Translations under genes and position numbers: made by a program | In this document: in pieces, positions 1 through 14,823 of the stretch | Layout of the letters: every line of letters starts with the position of its first letter | How positions within the stretch are numbered: position 1 is the first letter of the stretch | Origin: a virus | Lineage: Duplodnaviria > Caudoviricetes | Strand: one strand, 5' to 3' | IMG/VR virus record: IMGVR_UViG_3300013426_000018 | Location: 1 to 64,000 of that record | DNA: 64,000 nt | Notes under the pieces: generated by a model | What the model was told of the DNA's origin: nothing | The model's input: only the letters and a program-made list of their open reading frames with translations | The model's database searches: none

Positions 1-3000
1 GCAACGGGGACGTCAACTAATTCAGGTTTTGCAGCAGCTCCATCTTCTCCAGTTGAATACTCTGTTCGTGTTCCCGCGTTTACAGTTATTTTATTCTTCT
101 CTTCAGTTAGGGGGCCTTCTGTTATTTCGGCTCCTAAAAAATATATATTTGCTTGAGTAAAAACAAAATAGGTATCTTTTACAAAAAGAGTAGCTGATGC
201 TTCATCAACTTTAGTATAAGTATATCCTTCTTCATTTTTTCCAAGATATTTATAGCACTAACCTCTTACTGCTTTGCCATTTTCTTTTATTTCATATTCT
301 TTTGGAATTGTACTAGAATAAGTTTTAGACTATAAATAATAATCATTTTTTGATACATAAAGTAAATCATTACTATAAAGTTGATCTTTTTCGCCTTTCG
401 GGACGCCTAGTTTTAAATAAGGAGAAGCATCATCAGATGGTGTTGAATCAACTAAAAATTGCATATTAGAAGATTTTATATCTAGGCTTCCTTCGGCCAA
501 ATCCAATTTCACACTCGCTTGGCTATCATTGTAATTATTTAAATTTTTTGTAGAAGTCGTATCTGACTAAATATAATTTTCTTGATTATCTCCTGATACG
601 CCTATATTGATAAGAGTCTTTCCTATACTGTTTTTAACAAGTAAATATGGAGCTTTTTTTGCCTATAAAGTAATTCCGCCTTTTCCAAAACGTAGATTAA
701 GTTTACCATCATCTAAATCAAATAAAGTTCCATCTTTTCCTAAATCATAATTGGCACTTTTTATTTCACTTTTATTACCATCAAGCAATATCTAACCTTG
801 CCCAGCTTTACCAATAAACCCAGTTCCATCATCTCTAAATCCATAAGATAACTAACCCTTATGGATACCATATACACCAGTGGCTTCATAAGTCTTATCA
901 TACCCAGTACCAGATTTAACATCACCAATTAAAACACCAGAAAATGTATTATCACTATTCTTGCGGCCAGCTCCTAACATCGTCGATAAAATTGTACCAT
1001 TTTCTTCGTTTAAAGTCAAAGAACCATCCCAATCATTTAACATAGCAAAATCATATTTACTCTACATCATTAAAATGGGCTGTGACCAGCCTAATTTTAA
1101 ATTATTCTCTGTTACATCAATTGAAATACAAACTTTATTCTCAAAATTCTCTGCAAAGAATAATGGAGCACTTAATCCCCAACCGTCAATAGGGGAAATT
1201 TCTTTTAAACTAGGATGATAAGAAGCAGAAATGTTATCTGAAGTTGATTCTATTTCGCAATTACATTTCCAATCAGTAGAATGATTTTCTTCGCTATTAT
1301 GCTAATCTTCATACTTTTGATAGCTTTCTCCATTGAAATAATGTAATCTATATCTGCCAGTATAATAAGAAGGAATTCCCTAATGGTCATAAATTATTTC
1401 CCTAGCTCCTTCTATAAAAGACGTATCTTTAGTTTTTAAAGGAATAGGCAAATAAGCTGTTAAATTATTATATTTAGCCTATAAAATATAATAATTATCT
1501 ATAGGAATTTCTTTTATATTACACTATAATGTGACTTCTATATCTTTATATTGAGTAGTCTCTTGCCCATTTTCATCTAAAGATTTCTCTCGAGGAAGTA
1601 ACGTAATATAACCTTTATCTTTATTATTCTCATCTACTGTAATTTTATACCAAGAGTATTCGACACTATTGGTATCTGTGATTGGCTGAATCTACCCATC
1701 AGAATCACTATATAAGTAAGTATTTACATTAATAGTATTATTTATAAGCTCATTATTACTATCTTTTTCGTTCTAATCATCGTTAATAATTAAAGCATTC
1801 TAATTATCAACAAATTCCATAACTAAAGTTAAATTGGTACCATTTGTTCCAGCTTTACCAAAATTCAACTACTTAGTAGCTTCATATTCAACACCATCAA
1901 TAGAGACTTTACAAATAATAAAATTATTATTTTTCTATCTAGTCCATTGAGAGCTAATTGAATAAGATTGTTCGTTACTGGTAAAAACTTTTTTGTCTTC
2001 TTTTGGATTTCTAGTAATAACCCAATAAGCATTATTTCTATATTGAACAGATTCATCAGCTACATCGCCTTTATTTTCTTTTCGTTGTTGCTCATTCATT
2101 ATAATCATACTAGTTTTATTGCGGCCCTCTGCTGGGATATACCATTTTATCCAATCAAGAGTACCAATATCACTAGTTATCTCAGCTCCATTGAACATGG
2201 CTTTAAATTTTCTTTCGTAGCCTTGCCCCAAGCCTTCATTATTAATTTTACCATTCTAATTATAAACAAAATAATTGCCCTCAGACCCATCTAAACATTC
2301 AATAGATAAACCCATAGCCGCATCTTTAGTGGTCTAATCAGGCACTTTTTCCTCATTCTCAAAAACCAACAGATTGCTATAATAAATCTATTCTTTGGGA
2401 CTCTTAGCGATATCAGTCTACTCTGTAATAATACCAACTGCTTTTATCTATTCAGTTTGTTTAGTTACATCTGGGGTAAAAACGCATTTCAATTGTCCAT
2501 AAATATCATCGGAAGGAATTTTTTCCCAATTCTTCCCACCATAAGCGTCGCCGTTTTCTGTCCCAGCAACATACCTATACCAGCGGACTTCTTTATCAGT
2601 AATTCCACCCACGCCATTGGCAGGCACAATAGTAGGGGATTCCCCATCTTTAAAATGAATCCAACGCAAGAACATATTTTTTTCATTATTGTCTCGACTA
2701 TACTAATAACTGAGTAAATCATCAGTATGAATCATTAATGTTTCACCTTTAAATTCATTTACATCATAGCCCAAAAATAGCTAAACATTATCAACAAATA
2801 AGTTATTAGAAACAGGCTCATTCATTTCACTAATTCCACTATAAAAATAAGGAGAAATTCTTTCTCCTGAACCATTTATAAAATTATTTCCTTGATAGAA
2901 GTATACTTCAATTCTATTAATACTATTAATAAAAGAAATATCAAAAACCTTCTCCTAAGAAAAAGGAATTTCAAACTAATAAGGATTACCAACCATGTCA

Positions 3001-3611
3001 TCTGAATTAAAATTCAACTCATAAATCTATTTAGTTGTTACTCCTGGTTTTTCAACGACATCGCCTTCAATTAACACTTTTAATCCATAAGTGCCTGAAA
3101 CAACATCATAACCATTTAATAATGATCTAAAATCCGCAGACATTCCCAATCGAGTAAATCCAGATAGCTATTTAGCATTTTCAACTAAATAAATTGGCTT
3201 TTCTAGATAAGTCGTTGAAGAGTTTGCGGTTAACCCTTTTTCTTCACGATTAGACTCAGTGACTTCTGTCTCAAAGATATTTTCAGTAACCTTAACCATT
3301 TTACTTAATGGAGACTCGTATTTAAAAGGAGTAGTATCAGTTGTTGCTACTCGGCCTTTTATAATTTTCTATAATTTATAATCTCCGTTAGGAATAGTAA
3401 CTAATACATTATTACCTTTCTATAAGCTATTATCTGTAGTATATGCTTCATAGCGTGCGGTTCCATCAGAAACCACATACTTACCTTGATAAGACTACGA
3501 ATCATCTACTATAGTACATAGTTTAGTAATATCATATGATAATCCCTATAATCTAGCGGTTACTATTTCATCTACGGCTGTGCATAGTATTTCGCCATAA
3601 TTGACTCCCAT
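1..3611 (-). CDS. Large tail/baseplate-region structural protein, runs off the window (>1200 aa, TAG=Gln)
   Basis: ATG at 3611 after AAGGAGG; track ORFs 2448-2675, 1935-2231, 852-1043 and 330-512 share one frame and end in TAG; immediately downstream of tape measure. Confidence 0.75.
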
Positions 3612-3685
3612 AGATGAACCTCCTTTTACTCAAATTTTTCTAATAAATTTTAAAAAGTAAATAAAATTATTATTCACTATTGGCC

Positions 3686-3713
3686 AAAAATAAAAGGGCA
3701 GGTTTTCCTGCCC
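3686..3713 (-). terminator. Intrinsic terminator after tape measure gene
   Basis: GGGCAGG-AAAA-CCTGCCC hairpin followed by a T-rich run on the minus strand. Confidence 0.75.
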
Positions 3714-3718
3714 AATTA

Positions 3719-6700
3719 TTATTTTCTATTAGCATACTAAGATGCTTGATTAATAAGATTATTAAATGCCTATTCGATTTCATTATGGTCTTGTACATTC
3801 GGAAATTCTGCGGTAATCTTAACTTCCTATTGTAAAGTCTAAGATTTATTATCATGAATTCCAGAAGCAACAAGATCACCAAAACCAAAGCTTGCCTAGC
3901 GGGCATTTAAGTCTATAGTATCTAACATTGCTCTAGTGATTTGAACTGCTGCTAGCATATTTGCGGTATCAGTTTCATTTAAGACTAATTCTTTCTAATG
4001 GAGCATAGCCAATCTTCCAAAACTACCCCAATTACCAGTATAACCACCAGAATCAAAACTATCAGGCTCTTTAGCATCAGAATCCATCTTTTTAGCTACA
4101 TTATAAGTAACCTCTAAATCACTGGGATCAATGGAAAGAGCTTCCAACATATTATTAAAAGACTCAATAATGTCCAAATTAGCTTGGATAATTTTTTCCA
4201 TAGACATACCATAAGATTCTTGCCAAGAATTAACCGAATCTGTAATATCGTCAAATGCGGTTTTCATTTCTTCAGACATCTTCTTGACAGCTTCAGTGCC
4301 CGCATCACTATCGCTAATAACTTGATTAATTGCCTCAGAAGCGTCAGTTGCAAACTGCTTAGTGCTAGTACCAGCAGCATTCATGGCTTCCTCAAGATTC
4401 AAATAATACTGTCGTGAAGCTTCTAATAAGCCTTCAGTGAGTCCATCCACAGAATTTTTTAATATATCTGTAAAATTAGCAGTATCAGATTCACTATCTA
4501 ATAGAGTTCCTAATAAAGTATCCTTGAAAGTCGTAGCAAAATTCTCTAAATCAGAAATTTTATACCCAGTAGTATCATGGTAGTTCTACCAATCAATATT
4601 ATAAAGTTCCTTATTATTATCGATTGCCTTTTGAAGTTCATTCTACTACATATTCATTTCTTCCTCATACTAATCTTGGACTCTCTTTACAGCTGCGTAA
4701 TAATCATCAATACTAGCATAATCTTGAATGCGTATTGCCGCAATAGCTTCCTACATCTCTTTACTAGTAGAAATAAGTTTTTCGCTCATTTCATCAATAT
4801 AATTAGAACTTAAATCCTACATGGCATAAAGAGCATCTTCATACTTCTATTGGGCAGAATCGATTGCATCGCTACTTTGAGTATAAATATAAGACCAATT
4901 GCCTTCATTATCTTTCTATAGTCGCACAGTGTTCTTAGCTCTTTGGGCTTCCTCTAATTCGATTTCTGCAAGACGTAGGTCATATGTCTTTTGTAAATAT
5001 TCCAAATCATATTTACTCATTTCATTGCCATCTTCTTGGAGGTCATTGATTTGCCCAAGCAACTTTTTCAATTTCTGCTTGCCAGAAATTATATCTGTAT
5101 CATCGATTGTCTTATTAATATCTCTACTTAATTTACTTAACTCATAAATTTTTTGATAATCATCAAGCATAATATCAGCTTTTTCTTGTTGCCTTGAGAA
5201 ATCTTCGCTCAGCCCATCCAATCCGCCAAGAGCATAAACAGATTTATTAAAAGTATCTATTAAGTTATTCATAGTATTTTCAAATTGAGTAGCTAAGCTC
5301 TCTAAAGCATCCTACCAAGCCTACATCATTTCTTCATTACTACTTTCAACTTCTTCATTAATAGTATCTAAAGTCTATTGCCAGAAATCAATAGAAGCTT
5401 GATCTTTGCGGGCTTCGGCATCCGCTAATTTAGAGGAAGCTTCATCTCTTGCTTTTACTATGGTTTCATATTCACTCTTAACACTTCTTAATTTATTAAT
5501 TGCGTTATCTGTGGTGCGTTGGGCCAAATTTGTCATAAAAGCGTCAGTAATCCCTAAAGTATCTTTACCAACTATATCAATAATATTCTTATAATCATCC
5601 AGAACCGTATTGTAATGATCTATTGAAGCAATGCCCTTATCAAGTTTTTCCTTCCACGCATCAAATGCGGACATTACTTTATCTTCGATTTCTTTGCGTA
5701 AATCATCAAATTGGCTATTTAAATCCAATAAATTATCTCGATATTCTTTAATAGCACTAATCTAATCATCAGTAAGAGATTTGCCATTTAGAACTTCTAA
5801 ATTACCCGCAAGTATTTGACTAATTTCTGCTGCACTCATAGTAAGAGCTAAGACATCATTTAATCCTTGCTTATTAATAGCAATTTGTTGTTTTAAATTA
5901 TCAGCTTTCTAAGACATTAATTCAATAGCATCTAGTGCTTTGAAGGCATCATCATCAATACGACCTAGTTTATATTCTAGAACTTTAATTTGGCTATCTG
6001 GGATATCTAATTTAATTTCTACTTCATATTGAACTTGTTCTAACTGTAAATCAACTTTTTGATTTTGTAACTCTTGTAATTTAGATTGTTCGTCTCTTGC
6101 TAAATCGTAAGTTTCTTCATACTATTCAATATATTTTTCTAATAGCTCATATTTCTTTTCAAAAATTTTCCATTCATCGCTATCATCGGTATATTTCTGA
6201 GCCATTCGATTATACTCTTCAAACATGGCATCTTGTATTTCATCGAAATTAGAAATATTACCGCTTTCATCATATTCAATGCCTGGGCCGCCAATGTAAG
6301 AATTATAAGCTTCTTCCATGATTGATTTATCAGTTGGAAGATTGGCTCTTATTTGACGAAGATATTCCTCTTGAGCATCAATTAATTCTTGTGTTTTAGA
6401 AATTTCTGAATCCATATACTTTAGACGATCTTTGCCAAAAGCCCTATCTTTGGCTTTGTTTAAATCATCATAAGCAGAATTCAAATCTTCTATTTGATTC
6501 TTTATTGTATGATAACGTTCTTTATCGGAATAATTCTTTTGATCGGCATGAGAAGAAGATTTTGTGCTTCCTTTTCCACCGCCAGAAGATTTTGGAGACT
6601 ATGGCGTATAAGATTTACTTCCGCCTTTTTTTGTAGCAGATTTAATTACTGGGACCCATACCTCTGTAACACCTTTGATCTAATCTTCAGCATTTAAATC

Positions 6701-9700
6701 TATCTTTTTCCCACTCCATTGCCCGTATCCAGTCATTTCTGGAACTTCCATATAACCATAATTATGCGTTTTAGCAGCCGATTCAGTATCCATCTTAACA
6801 AAATCTAATTCTGGCTACCAACCTAAACTATCAAAAAGACTAGCGATATCATCAACTGTCATTCCAGCAGCAGATAATAACTCATATAAAGCATTTAAAG
6901 CATTATCATTATTTACTTCTGGACCTATTTCCAAATTAGTGCCCTCTGCTATACTAATTAAAGAATCCATTAAAGAAGTCATATCTCCACTGACTTTATC
7001 TTGGCCTATTAATTTTATAGCTAATCCTTCGGCTACTTTTAACTATAATTTTTCATAAGAACCATCTACACCATCAATAACGTCCTTAATTAAATCCCAA
7101 TTCTAAACAGCAAAATCACTATCTAATGATTTAAAAGTTTCATCAGAAATATCTAAAATCTATTTTAAAGATTTATTTATATCTGGTAAAATATCTTGAA
7201 TATCATCTAATCGTCCAGATTTAATAACTTTATCCCAAGATTCCCAATTCTCGCTAATAGTTTCTACACCTTTATTTAGTTTTGCATGGGCAACTGATAA
7301 CTTTTTAGCAATACGAGTATTTTCTTCTAACGTTTTTCCATTGTTTTTTAACTATTCATTATTTTCTAGCAAATATTCAGTGTAATTAGTGATAGAAGAA
7401 TAATCTAAATCGTTCGCAACAACTTCATTGGCTATGACTCCGTCAAAAGCCTTATTATAAGCTTCAATATTAATTGTTCCATTAATTAAAGCAGCATCTA
7501 AATCATCAATAGAATTGGTACTAGCTCCAAAAGCAATTCGTTTGTTCTCTAATTCTCCAGTTAATTCTAACCAAGCCTAAGCCACTGCTTTAATTTGTTC
7601 TTCAGTGGAGCCAAGGCTATTAAGATCTTCCTATGAAAATCCCATGATATTAGCCATAGCATCAAAAGCTGTAGAATCTTTAAACCCTGTAGGATCTTTA
7701 AGCATTGTTTCAGCTATTTCAGACATCTCATCAGGAGTTGTTTCAATTCCTACTTTTTCTTCAAAAGTTGATACTCCATTCTATATAGCATAAAGAGAAT
7801 CATGAATACTATCCTCTAATTCCTATTGGCTTATTTCTCTAATCTTCTAATTAAACTCATCAGCACTAATAGTTAATACATGAGTACCATTCTATAAATC
7901 TTGAAAATATTGCTGTAGTTCTGGACTTAATTCATCAAAGTATTTATCTTTAATAATACCTTCTTTAGAAATTTGCTCAGCTGCTGTTAACTATTGCTCA
8001 TAATCAGACTACCAAGCTTCTAAATCAAATTCTGCAGGCTAAAAATGTTCTATCTATTCATTTAAATGATTTAGCCATTCCGTAATTGCTTCAGATGAAA
8101 AAAGCTCCTCCATTTTAGCCTTAAAGTTTGAATCTTCCCCAAATAAATCTTCAAAGCTAATTGGGCCACCTTTTTCTTTTAATTTTTCAATATCGTCAGA
8201 AGTTAAATCTCCCGTTAACATCTCAAAAGCATCTTTGCCTTTACCCTTTAAGCCATTAACAAAAGCATTAATATCTTCAACTCGAAGTTCCATCTAAGAG
8301 ACAATTTGTTCATCAGCCTAATTTCTAGCGATAAAATCAGCAATTTTATCATCTGTTAAATTAGAAAGGCCTTCTACTTTATTACCTTCTTCATCAACTA
8401 CGTTATTGCCTTTTATCTCATAATCTTCAGGCAAATATTCTTTTAATTTTTCTTTAAGCTATCCTGTATTATTCTATTCTAATAAGTCTGATTTTAAATC
8501 ATTGATAGTATCTTCTCGGAGACTATTTCCATAATCAATAATTTCATTTTTAAATTGACTATCTTGATAATCAGAATTTCCCTACATTAAAGTAGTTAAA
8601 TTCTAAGAGCCTAAATTGGTCTATAATCTATTATAATTATCCCAATTAGCAAGAGAAGTTTTGGCTAATTCTTCTTTAGAAAGTAAAGAACCCACAGCAA
8701 TCCTATGTAGATTAGGGTCATATTCATCTCCATAAATTCTTTTTCCTAAAAGATCTTCTATTTCATTTTGTCGTTCAGTATCATAATTATCGGAAGCCTT
8801 AGCATAATCATTAAATGACTCTTGGTCAAAAGTATTTGTTTCTGGATTTATCAATCCTTTAACAACATTCTCCCAAGATATTTCGGAAAATGCTCCTCCT
8901 ATTAATGCATTTTCAGCAGTCTCCTAATCTACTTCAAGTTGCTAAGCAGCCGCAGATATTTTCATATTTCTAACAGCGGCTTCTGTTTTTGCGGCTGTTC
9001 GCTACTATTCTTCTTCTTTAGCCTTTTGAGATTCTTCTCTGATTATAATTTCTCCAGAATCCCCAATATACCAGTCTTCATTTTTTATAAGGTTATACTT
9101 TTCTATTAGTTCCCAAGCTTGCTCGTTTGCATTAATTAAAGCATCAGTAAATTCCTAAGTACCCTCTTTTAAACCATGTAAGTTATCAATTCCAGAATTA
9201 TAAGAATCAAAAGTATTTTTTAATTCCTAGTAAGCAGAATTTGCTTTTTGAGCCGCCATTTCCATTTCTTCAGTAGCTGACTATAAAGCCTTTAACTGTC
9301 CTTCTGGGGATGCTTTTTGAAACGCTTTAACTGCTGATACTATGCCCCATATAGCAAGACCAACTGCAACAATAATACCAAGACCAACAGCAGCCGTGCC
9401 AATTACTGTTGCAGTTGCCGCTCCTACTCCAGTAATAGAAGTAACAAGAGTCCCTAACTTTCCAGATAAAGCTCCTAAAGCAGGGATAGCACCTGTAGCG
9501 AATGTTCCAACTGCTTCAATAGATTTTCCAAAAGATGTTATATTTGGACCAATTACCATTATACCTGAAATAATAGTTCCAAATTTTTCCCAAGTACTTA
9601 AATCTTCATCATTTAAACTAGAAATAATAGATTTAACGTTATTTATAAGAGAATAACAACTCATAATACCGCCAGCTAAATTACCAAATGCTTCACTAAC

Positions 9701-12548
9701 AGTAATTACATGCTATGGATTAAGGCTGTCTACTGACGCTTTTAAAGTTTTAGCATTTTCTTCAGCTTGCTCTTCAGACAAACGTAAGTCTAAGAACATC
9801 TACTTAAGCTCGGCAACACTCTTGCCATGCAAAGACTATAAAACAGTTCCAAAATTTTCTCCATTAATAGTCGCTTTATCAAAACTTTCCATGAGATTAG
9901 AAAGAGCCTCTTGAATTTCATTAACGTTTCCAGAAGCCATAGCAATATTAACTTGACGAAATGCTTTATCTAACCCAGTGGCCTATCGGATAGTCTAAGG
10001 AATCAAAGAAGATAGAGATCTTAAATTATTTCTTACTGTATTAATTGCTGCTCCAGCCTATTCAGTGCCCTCTAAATCCCCTAAAGTATCTGACATTTTA
10101 GCTATCTAATCAAAAAAGTTTGAAGACATATCATCTGTAAACAACTTAAAACTCTTAGTATCAATATCAGGATCAGTAAGAGCTTCTAACATTGTTCTGT
10201 TCATAGTATTATACTATTCAGCAATGTCGTTATTAGCAACATCTAAAAACTGTAAAAAGTCTCTGGTATCACTAATAAGAGTATTATATTGCCCGCCTTC
10301 ATTATGAGTACTTAAATTTTCTAATTGATTAATACTACTTTGATCGCTATATTTTCCCAAAGCCACTTCATTAACATCAGTATCTAATAAAGCCTATTTC
10401 TTTAATTCAACATTCTAACGAAGTGTCTCTGTCTGTTGAGTTAAAGCTAACTATTGTTTTTGCTAAGCTTCAATAATATTTAATTCTGTCTAATATCTTT
10501 GTTTTTCAGCATCGCTTAATTTGTCTTCAACTCCAGCATAGCGAAGCTTCAAAGCAGTTAACTAATTGGCCTACTTTAATTCAACCCCGAAAGCAGAATC
10601 TCTGTTGATACCTTTTTCTAACTTAGAAGTATCTTTTCCTTTGTTTTTAGCATCCTAATAAGTATCATATTTTTTGAATTGATCTTCAGTAACTGAATTC
10701 ATCTATGTTAAAATCTTCTAATAAGCTTTATCAGAGCCTTTCGTTAAGACATCAAAATTATATCTTGCCTTATCAATAGCTTCTGGAATTTTATTAGAAA
10801 AATTAGCTAAAATGACACCGCTTAGAGCCATTATAATAGTCTTTAAGCCGCCAGCTTTATCAATAAAATTATCTAATCCACTAATAATATCAGCTAATCC
10901 ATTATTTAAAGAAATAAAGAACTTATCATCAATTAAATCTTGGTAAACACCTTCTGCGGCGGCCCGCACTCGCTTCTACGCAGCTTCCCAAGATTCCGCA
11001 TAGATCTCAGCTTGCTATTCCAGAGTGCCAGTAGACTACTCAGCAACACCAACATTTTCTTTAAAATATTCATAATTATTCATTAAAGCCATAAACTGGC
11101 TATACTATCTTACCATTAATATCTTATGTTTCCATAAGAATTAGACTATATCTTCACTCATTTCTAAGCACTTTCCATTTCAGATATCTCTTACTCCCAT
11201 ATGGGATAGTCGTTGAACTTGAATGACCAAAAGTCATTCGAGCTGCTGATTGTCCAATCTTTAACTTTATTACTTAATATAAGTAGTTAAAGCTCTAAGG
11301 ATTTTCCAGCAATTAAAAAAGTTTTACGCGAGCATAAAATAGTTTACCCGCAACTGTTTGTGCCAAGGCCATTTTCTAATCGTCGGCTAATGTTTGCCAT
11401 TTAGGACCCAGTTCATCAAGAATTTGGTCCATATCTTTAAGGCCACCGCTAGCATCTTTAATATTAATACCAACTTTATCCAAAGCACTAGAGTATTTAT
11501 TCAAAGTGGTACCATCATCAAGCGTCTCTCCCTAGTTTAAGCCCTAAATTCTCGCAAAGAGTGTTTTAAAGGCATTGCCGACAACGTCTGCGCTCTCACG
11601 AGTCCTTGCTGTAACCGTAGCGAGGGCCGCTGTCGCATACTCATAACTTAACCCAACTGTTTTAGCGGTTGCTGCAAATTTATTAATACCTTCAGAAATT
11701 TCGTCAGAGCTAGAAGCAGTTGCGGCACCCAATGCTGTCATAACATCAGCGTAATAAGACAATTCTCTACTGCCATCTGCGAAGTTATTCCAAACGGCGG
11801 TCATCTGATCAGCAATCTTAGAGGTACTTTCGCCTGTCACATTGGCCATTTTGATGGTCGTTTCAGTGCGTTCACGTACCTCATTGTCTCCCAAACCCTA
11901 TTGAAAAAATATCAAACTGCCCTTTGTGTAGTCAGTGGTTGTCGTACTGAGTGCTTTGGCGGCCTTATTTGCCTGTTCTGCAAATTTAGCCATCTAATCA
12001 GTATTATATCCAGTAACAATTCTTATATCTGTTAAAGAAGCATTAAGATTTTGTGCATAGCTATAAGCACTCTATAACGCTCCAGTGAATCCTCTAATAA
12101 TATTATTAGAAATCTAATATTTAGCTGTCTATTTTAAAACCTTGGCAAAGTCCTACATACGAGAGCTAACTTTTAGCATTGGCTAATCGGCCTAAGAAAT
12201 GCTCTAAGCCAGCTTTAAGAAAGCTTGCTAACCAGTATCTCCAGCTCCTATTAATCTGGTAGATAATTCCTATACATTCGTATTAGAAGATTTTAAACTT
12301 TTATCCAGAGCACTTAAATCAAAACGCCCCGTTTTAGCATTATACGCATTATTCAGGTGATAGGATAGTTCTTTCGCAGCTTCTGCTGCATCACGAATCT
12401 TTATCGCTTCAGTACTAAAATTAGCTTTGGTCGTACTGGCACCATCTAATGATATTTTATTTAATAGGGATTGTAATTCTTGTATTGAAGCTTTTGCCTA
12501 TCCGGTATCAGCAGTAAACTTCAATCCAACATTGATCTAATTTCCCAT
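3719..12548 (-). CDS. Tail tape measure protein, ~2865 aa, 2 exons (12548-11346, 11113-3719), TAG=Gln
   Basis: Eight track ORFs lie in the exon-2 frame and end in TAG; TP901-like core (YYADVMTALGAATASSSDEI, VGNAFKTLFAR); splicing gives LAQTVAG|VRQYSQFMALMNN. Confidence 0.92.
11114..11345 (-). ncRNA. Group I intron, ORF-less, 232 nt, in tape measure gene
   Basis: Core elements AATTGCTGGAA / AATCAGCAGC / GTTCAACGACTA / AAGATATAGTCT; P1 GCGGGT:GCTCGC with U-G; terminal G; removal restores frame. Confidence 0.92.
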
Positions 12549-12592
12549 TAAACAATCTCCTTTCTCTCATATCCTTTTTTATTTTGCAAAAT

Positions 12593-12624
12593 AAAAAATA
12601 GCCGTGGAGATAAACCCCACGGCT
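12593..12624 (-). terminator. Intrinsic terminator-like hairpin upstream of tape measure
   Basis: AGCCGTGG...CCACGGCT followed by ATTTTTT on the minus strand. Confidence 0.65.
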
Positions 12625-12669
12625 TATTCTCTACCTAATTTTAAAGATAGAATCATAAATTTATTTTAA

Positions 12670-13203
12670 TTAGCCCATCTTATTGAGGACTTCTTGCAAG
12701 AACTCGACACCCTCTCGATTAGCTAAATCTTTTTTAATCTTTTCCGCATCTAATTCAAGATTCTTATAGTCTGTTGCAGTGGCATCCATAATACCCAAGA
12801 AAGAAGTCTTATAATCATAAATAGAATTAATAATATTATCAATTTGGGTTGTAATAAAATTATACTCTTCTTTAGGAATAACTTCTATCACAACTTCCAC
12901 TAACCCAGAACTTACTAAATTATCATAAAATTTATATTTATTCTCAGTTTGTTTTTCGGTAAAACTAAGATTTGTATAATATCGAATTAATCCAATAGTA
13001 AAAAGAATTTCTACCTGTAAATAATTCACAAATTTATAACCTACAGATTCTGCGTCAATACCATTTACAACAGATTCAACTAGTTCCATTTTTTCTTCAA
13101 TAGGAAGATACTATTTTACTTCAATAACATTATTATTAAAGTCAATTGTTTTGACTTCATTATTAACCTTTGCCGCAAGTTTAGAAAATGCTACTTTTGC
13201 CAT
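12670..13203 (-). CDS. Probable tail assembly chaperone (177 aa, one TAG)
   Basis: ATG 13203 with AAGGAG; in frame with track ORF 12670-13089; sits just before tape measure. Confidence 0.6.
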
Positions 13204-13235
13204 TATCTTATTCTCCTTTTTTCTCATATATATGT

Positions 13236-13264
13236 ATTTTACCAAAAATTTTTTATTAAGTCAA
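13236..13264 (-). promoter_or_regulatory. Sigma-A-type promoter
   Basis: TTGACT-17 bp-TAAAAT with TG extended -10. Confidence 0.6.
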
Positions 13265-13268
13265 TAAC

Positions 13269-14591
13269 TTATTCATACATTGTATTAAAACTATTATTTA
13301 AAAATTCTTTATAAGATAGCGTTAAATTAGCTATCCTAATATAAAATCCTCTTCGCTACATTAATGTTGCTAAATCCGAGAAACCTTCTGTCGTTAAATA
13401 AAATTCATTTCTTGCATAGCCAGTTTTTAAAATATTATTACTTAAATTTAAATTAGCATATGCAGCAAATTCTTTATACTGCTAGTTAAATTCTTGTTCA
13501 TTAACAGCGGTTTTATTCATAACTGGTTCAGTTGTACTAAAATCTTTTAATAGGTCATATTCTGGCGCATTTATCATTGAATACTTCTATCTATTACCAT
13601 TATTCATTAAATGTCTTTTATAGTTACTTTTTGACTAAATATTTACTCCTAAATTACGAATTTGTTTGTATATATCTTCACTTAAAGTTATAGTAATTTT
13701 TAAGTTAGCTGAAGAAGCTTTATTATTAACTAATCTCATTAGATTAGAAAAATCTTGAGCAGTTGAAATTGATGAAGATACATCTATTTTACCCTTATTC
13801 ATTTTTGTACCATTTAGCTTTAAAACACTACTAACCCATTCTTGCAATTCATCACTTATTGCTACCTACTTTTGCTCATTCATTTTATTATATCCAATTA
13901 CAGATAAATTAATAAAGCTATTTGAACTTTTTTGTATAGATGTCATATCCTCTAGAAGGAGTCCTTGAATATCTTCAATCAACTAAGCATTAAAGTTTTC
14001 CCCAAAAAAGCTATCCATCGTTTTCCAACTGCCTGTATTTAATCCATTTAATCCAGCTTTATTAACTATCCAAGTGCCGAGATCTTCTAAATATTGCCCT
14101 TTAGCCCGATAATACTGCCATGGTCTAGTTGAATCATCTTTTAATAAGTTAATTAACCTAGTTATGTCTGGAGCTGAAACTTTTCCCTCATTTGGATTAA
14201 CATTATCTACAACTTTTTCTAATTCTTGCACTAAATTTTCTATATTAGAAATAGTAGCTTCTCTTTCATTCTAATTCCAGTCTTTTAAACTATTACTGGC
14301 ATTATGCCATCCATTCAATCCATTATTAATTCCCTATACTAATTTAGCGAACAGGTCATTATCAGTACCCTTATTTGCTTCTCCAATTAAAGAGTCTAAG
14401 AACTTATTTAATTGTTCAACCGCCTTTTTACCAGCATAAGCTTCTTTCAAAGCATCAACCTGTATTTTTAAAAAAATCTCTGGAGAAGCTGAATCATTAT
14501 CAAAAAAATTATTTAATGGAGCTAACTTGTCATAAAATAAAGATGGATTTAAACTTTGATCGAAATGCCATAAATCTTTTAAATATCCCAT
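13269..14591 (-). CDS. Hypothetical tail-region protein (440 aa, TAG=Gln)
   Basis: Track ORFs 14334-14591, 13983-14231 and 13635-13847 are in one frame, joined through TAG; AGGAGG RBS. Confidence 0.8.
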
Positions 14592-14658
14592 AACTTATCC
14601 TCCTTTTCTTCCACAAATAAAAAAGGGGGAGAGATATTTCTATCTCTCCCTAAATCAA

Positions 14659-14823
14659 TTAATCATTTTCAATGGAAATGATTCGTCTTTGCTACTTCTT
14701 TTTAGGTCGAGTAGCAATAATAGGAATTTCTTTCTCTTCAATTTTTATTTCTTGTTTTTCTTCTTCTGGCTTTTTTTCTACTTTATTAGGCCGCACAGGC
14801 CAAGAAGTATGTTTTATAGCCAT
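14659..14823 (-). CDS. Small charged hypothetical protein (54 aa)
   Basis: TAATG overlap with the major tail stop; one TAG; followed by a terminator hairpin at ~14617-14651. Confidence 0.55.
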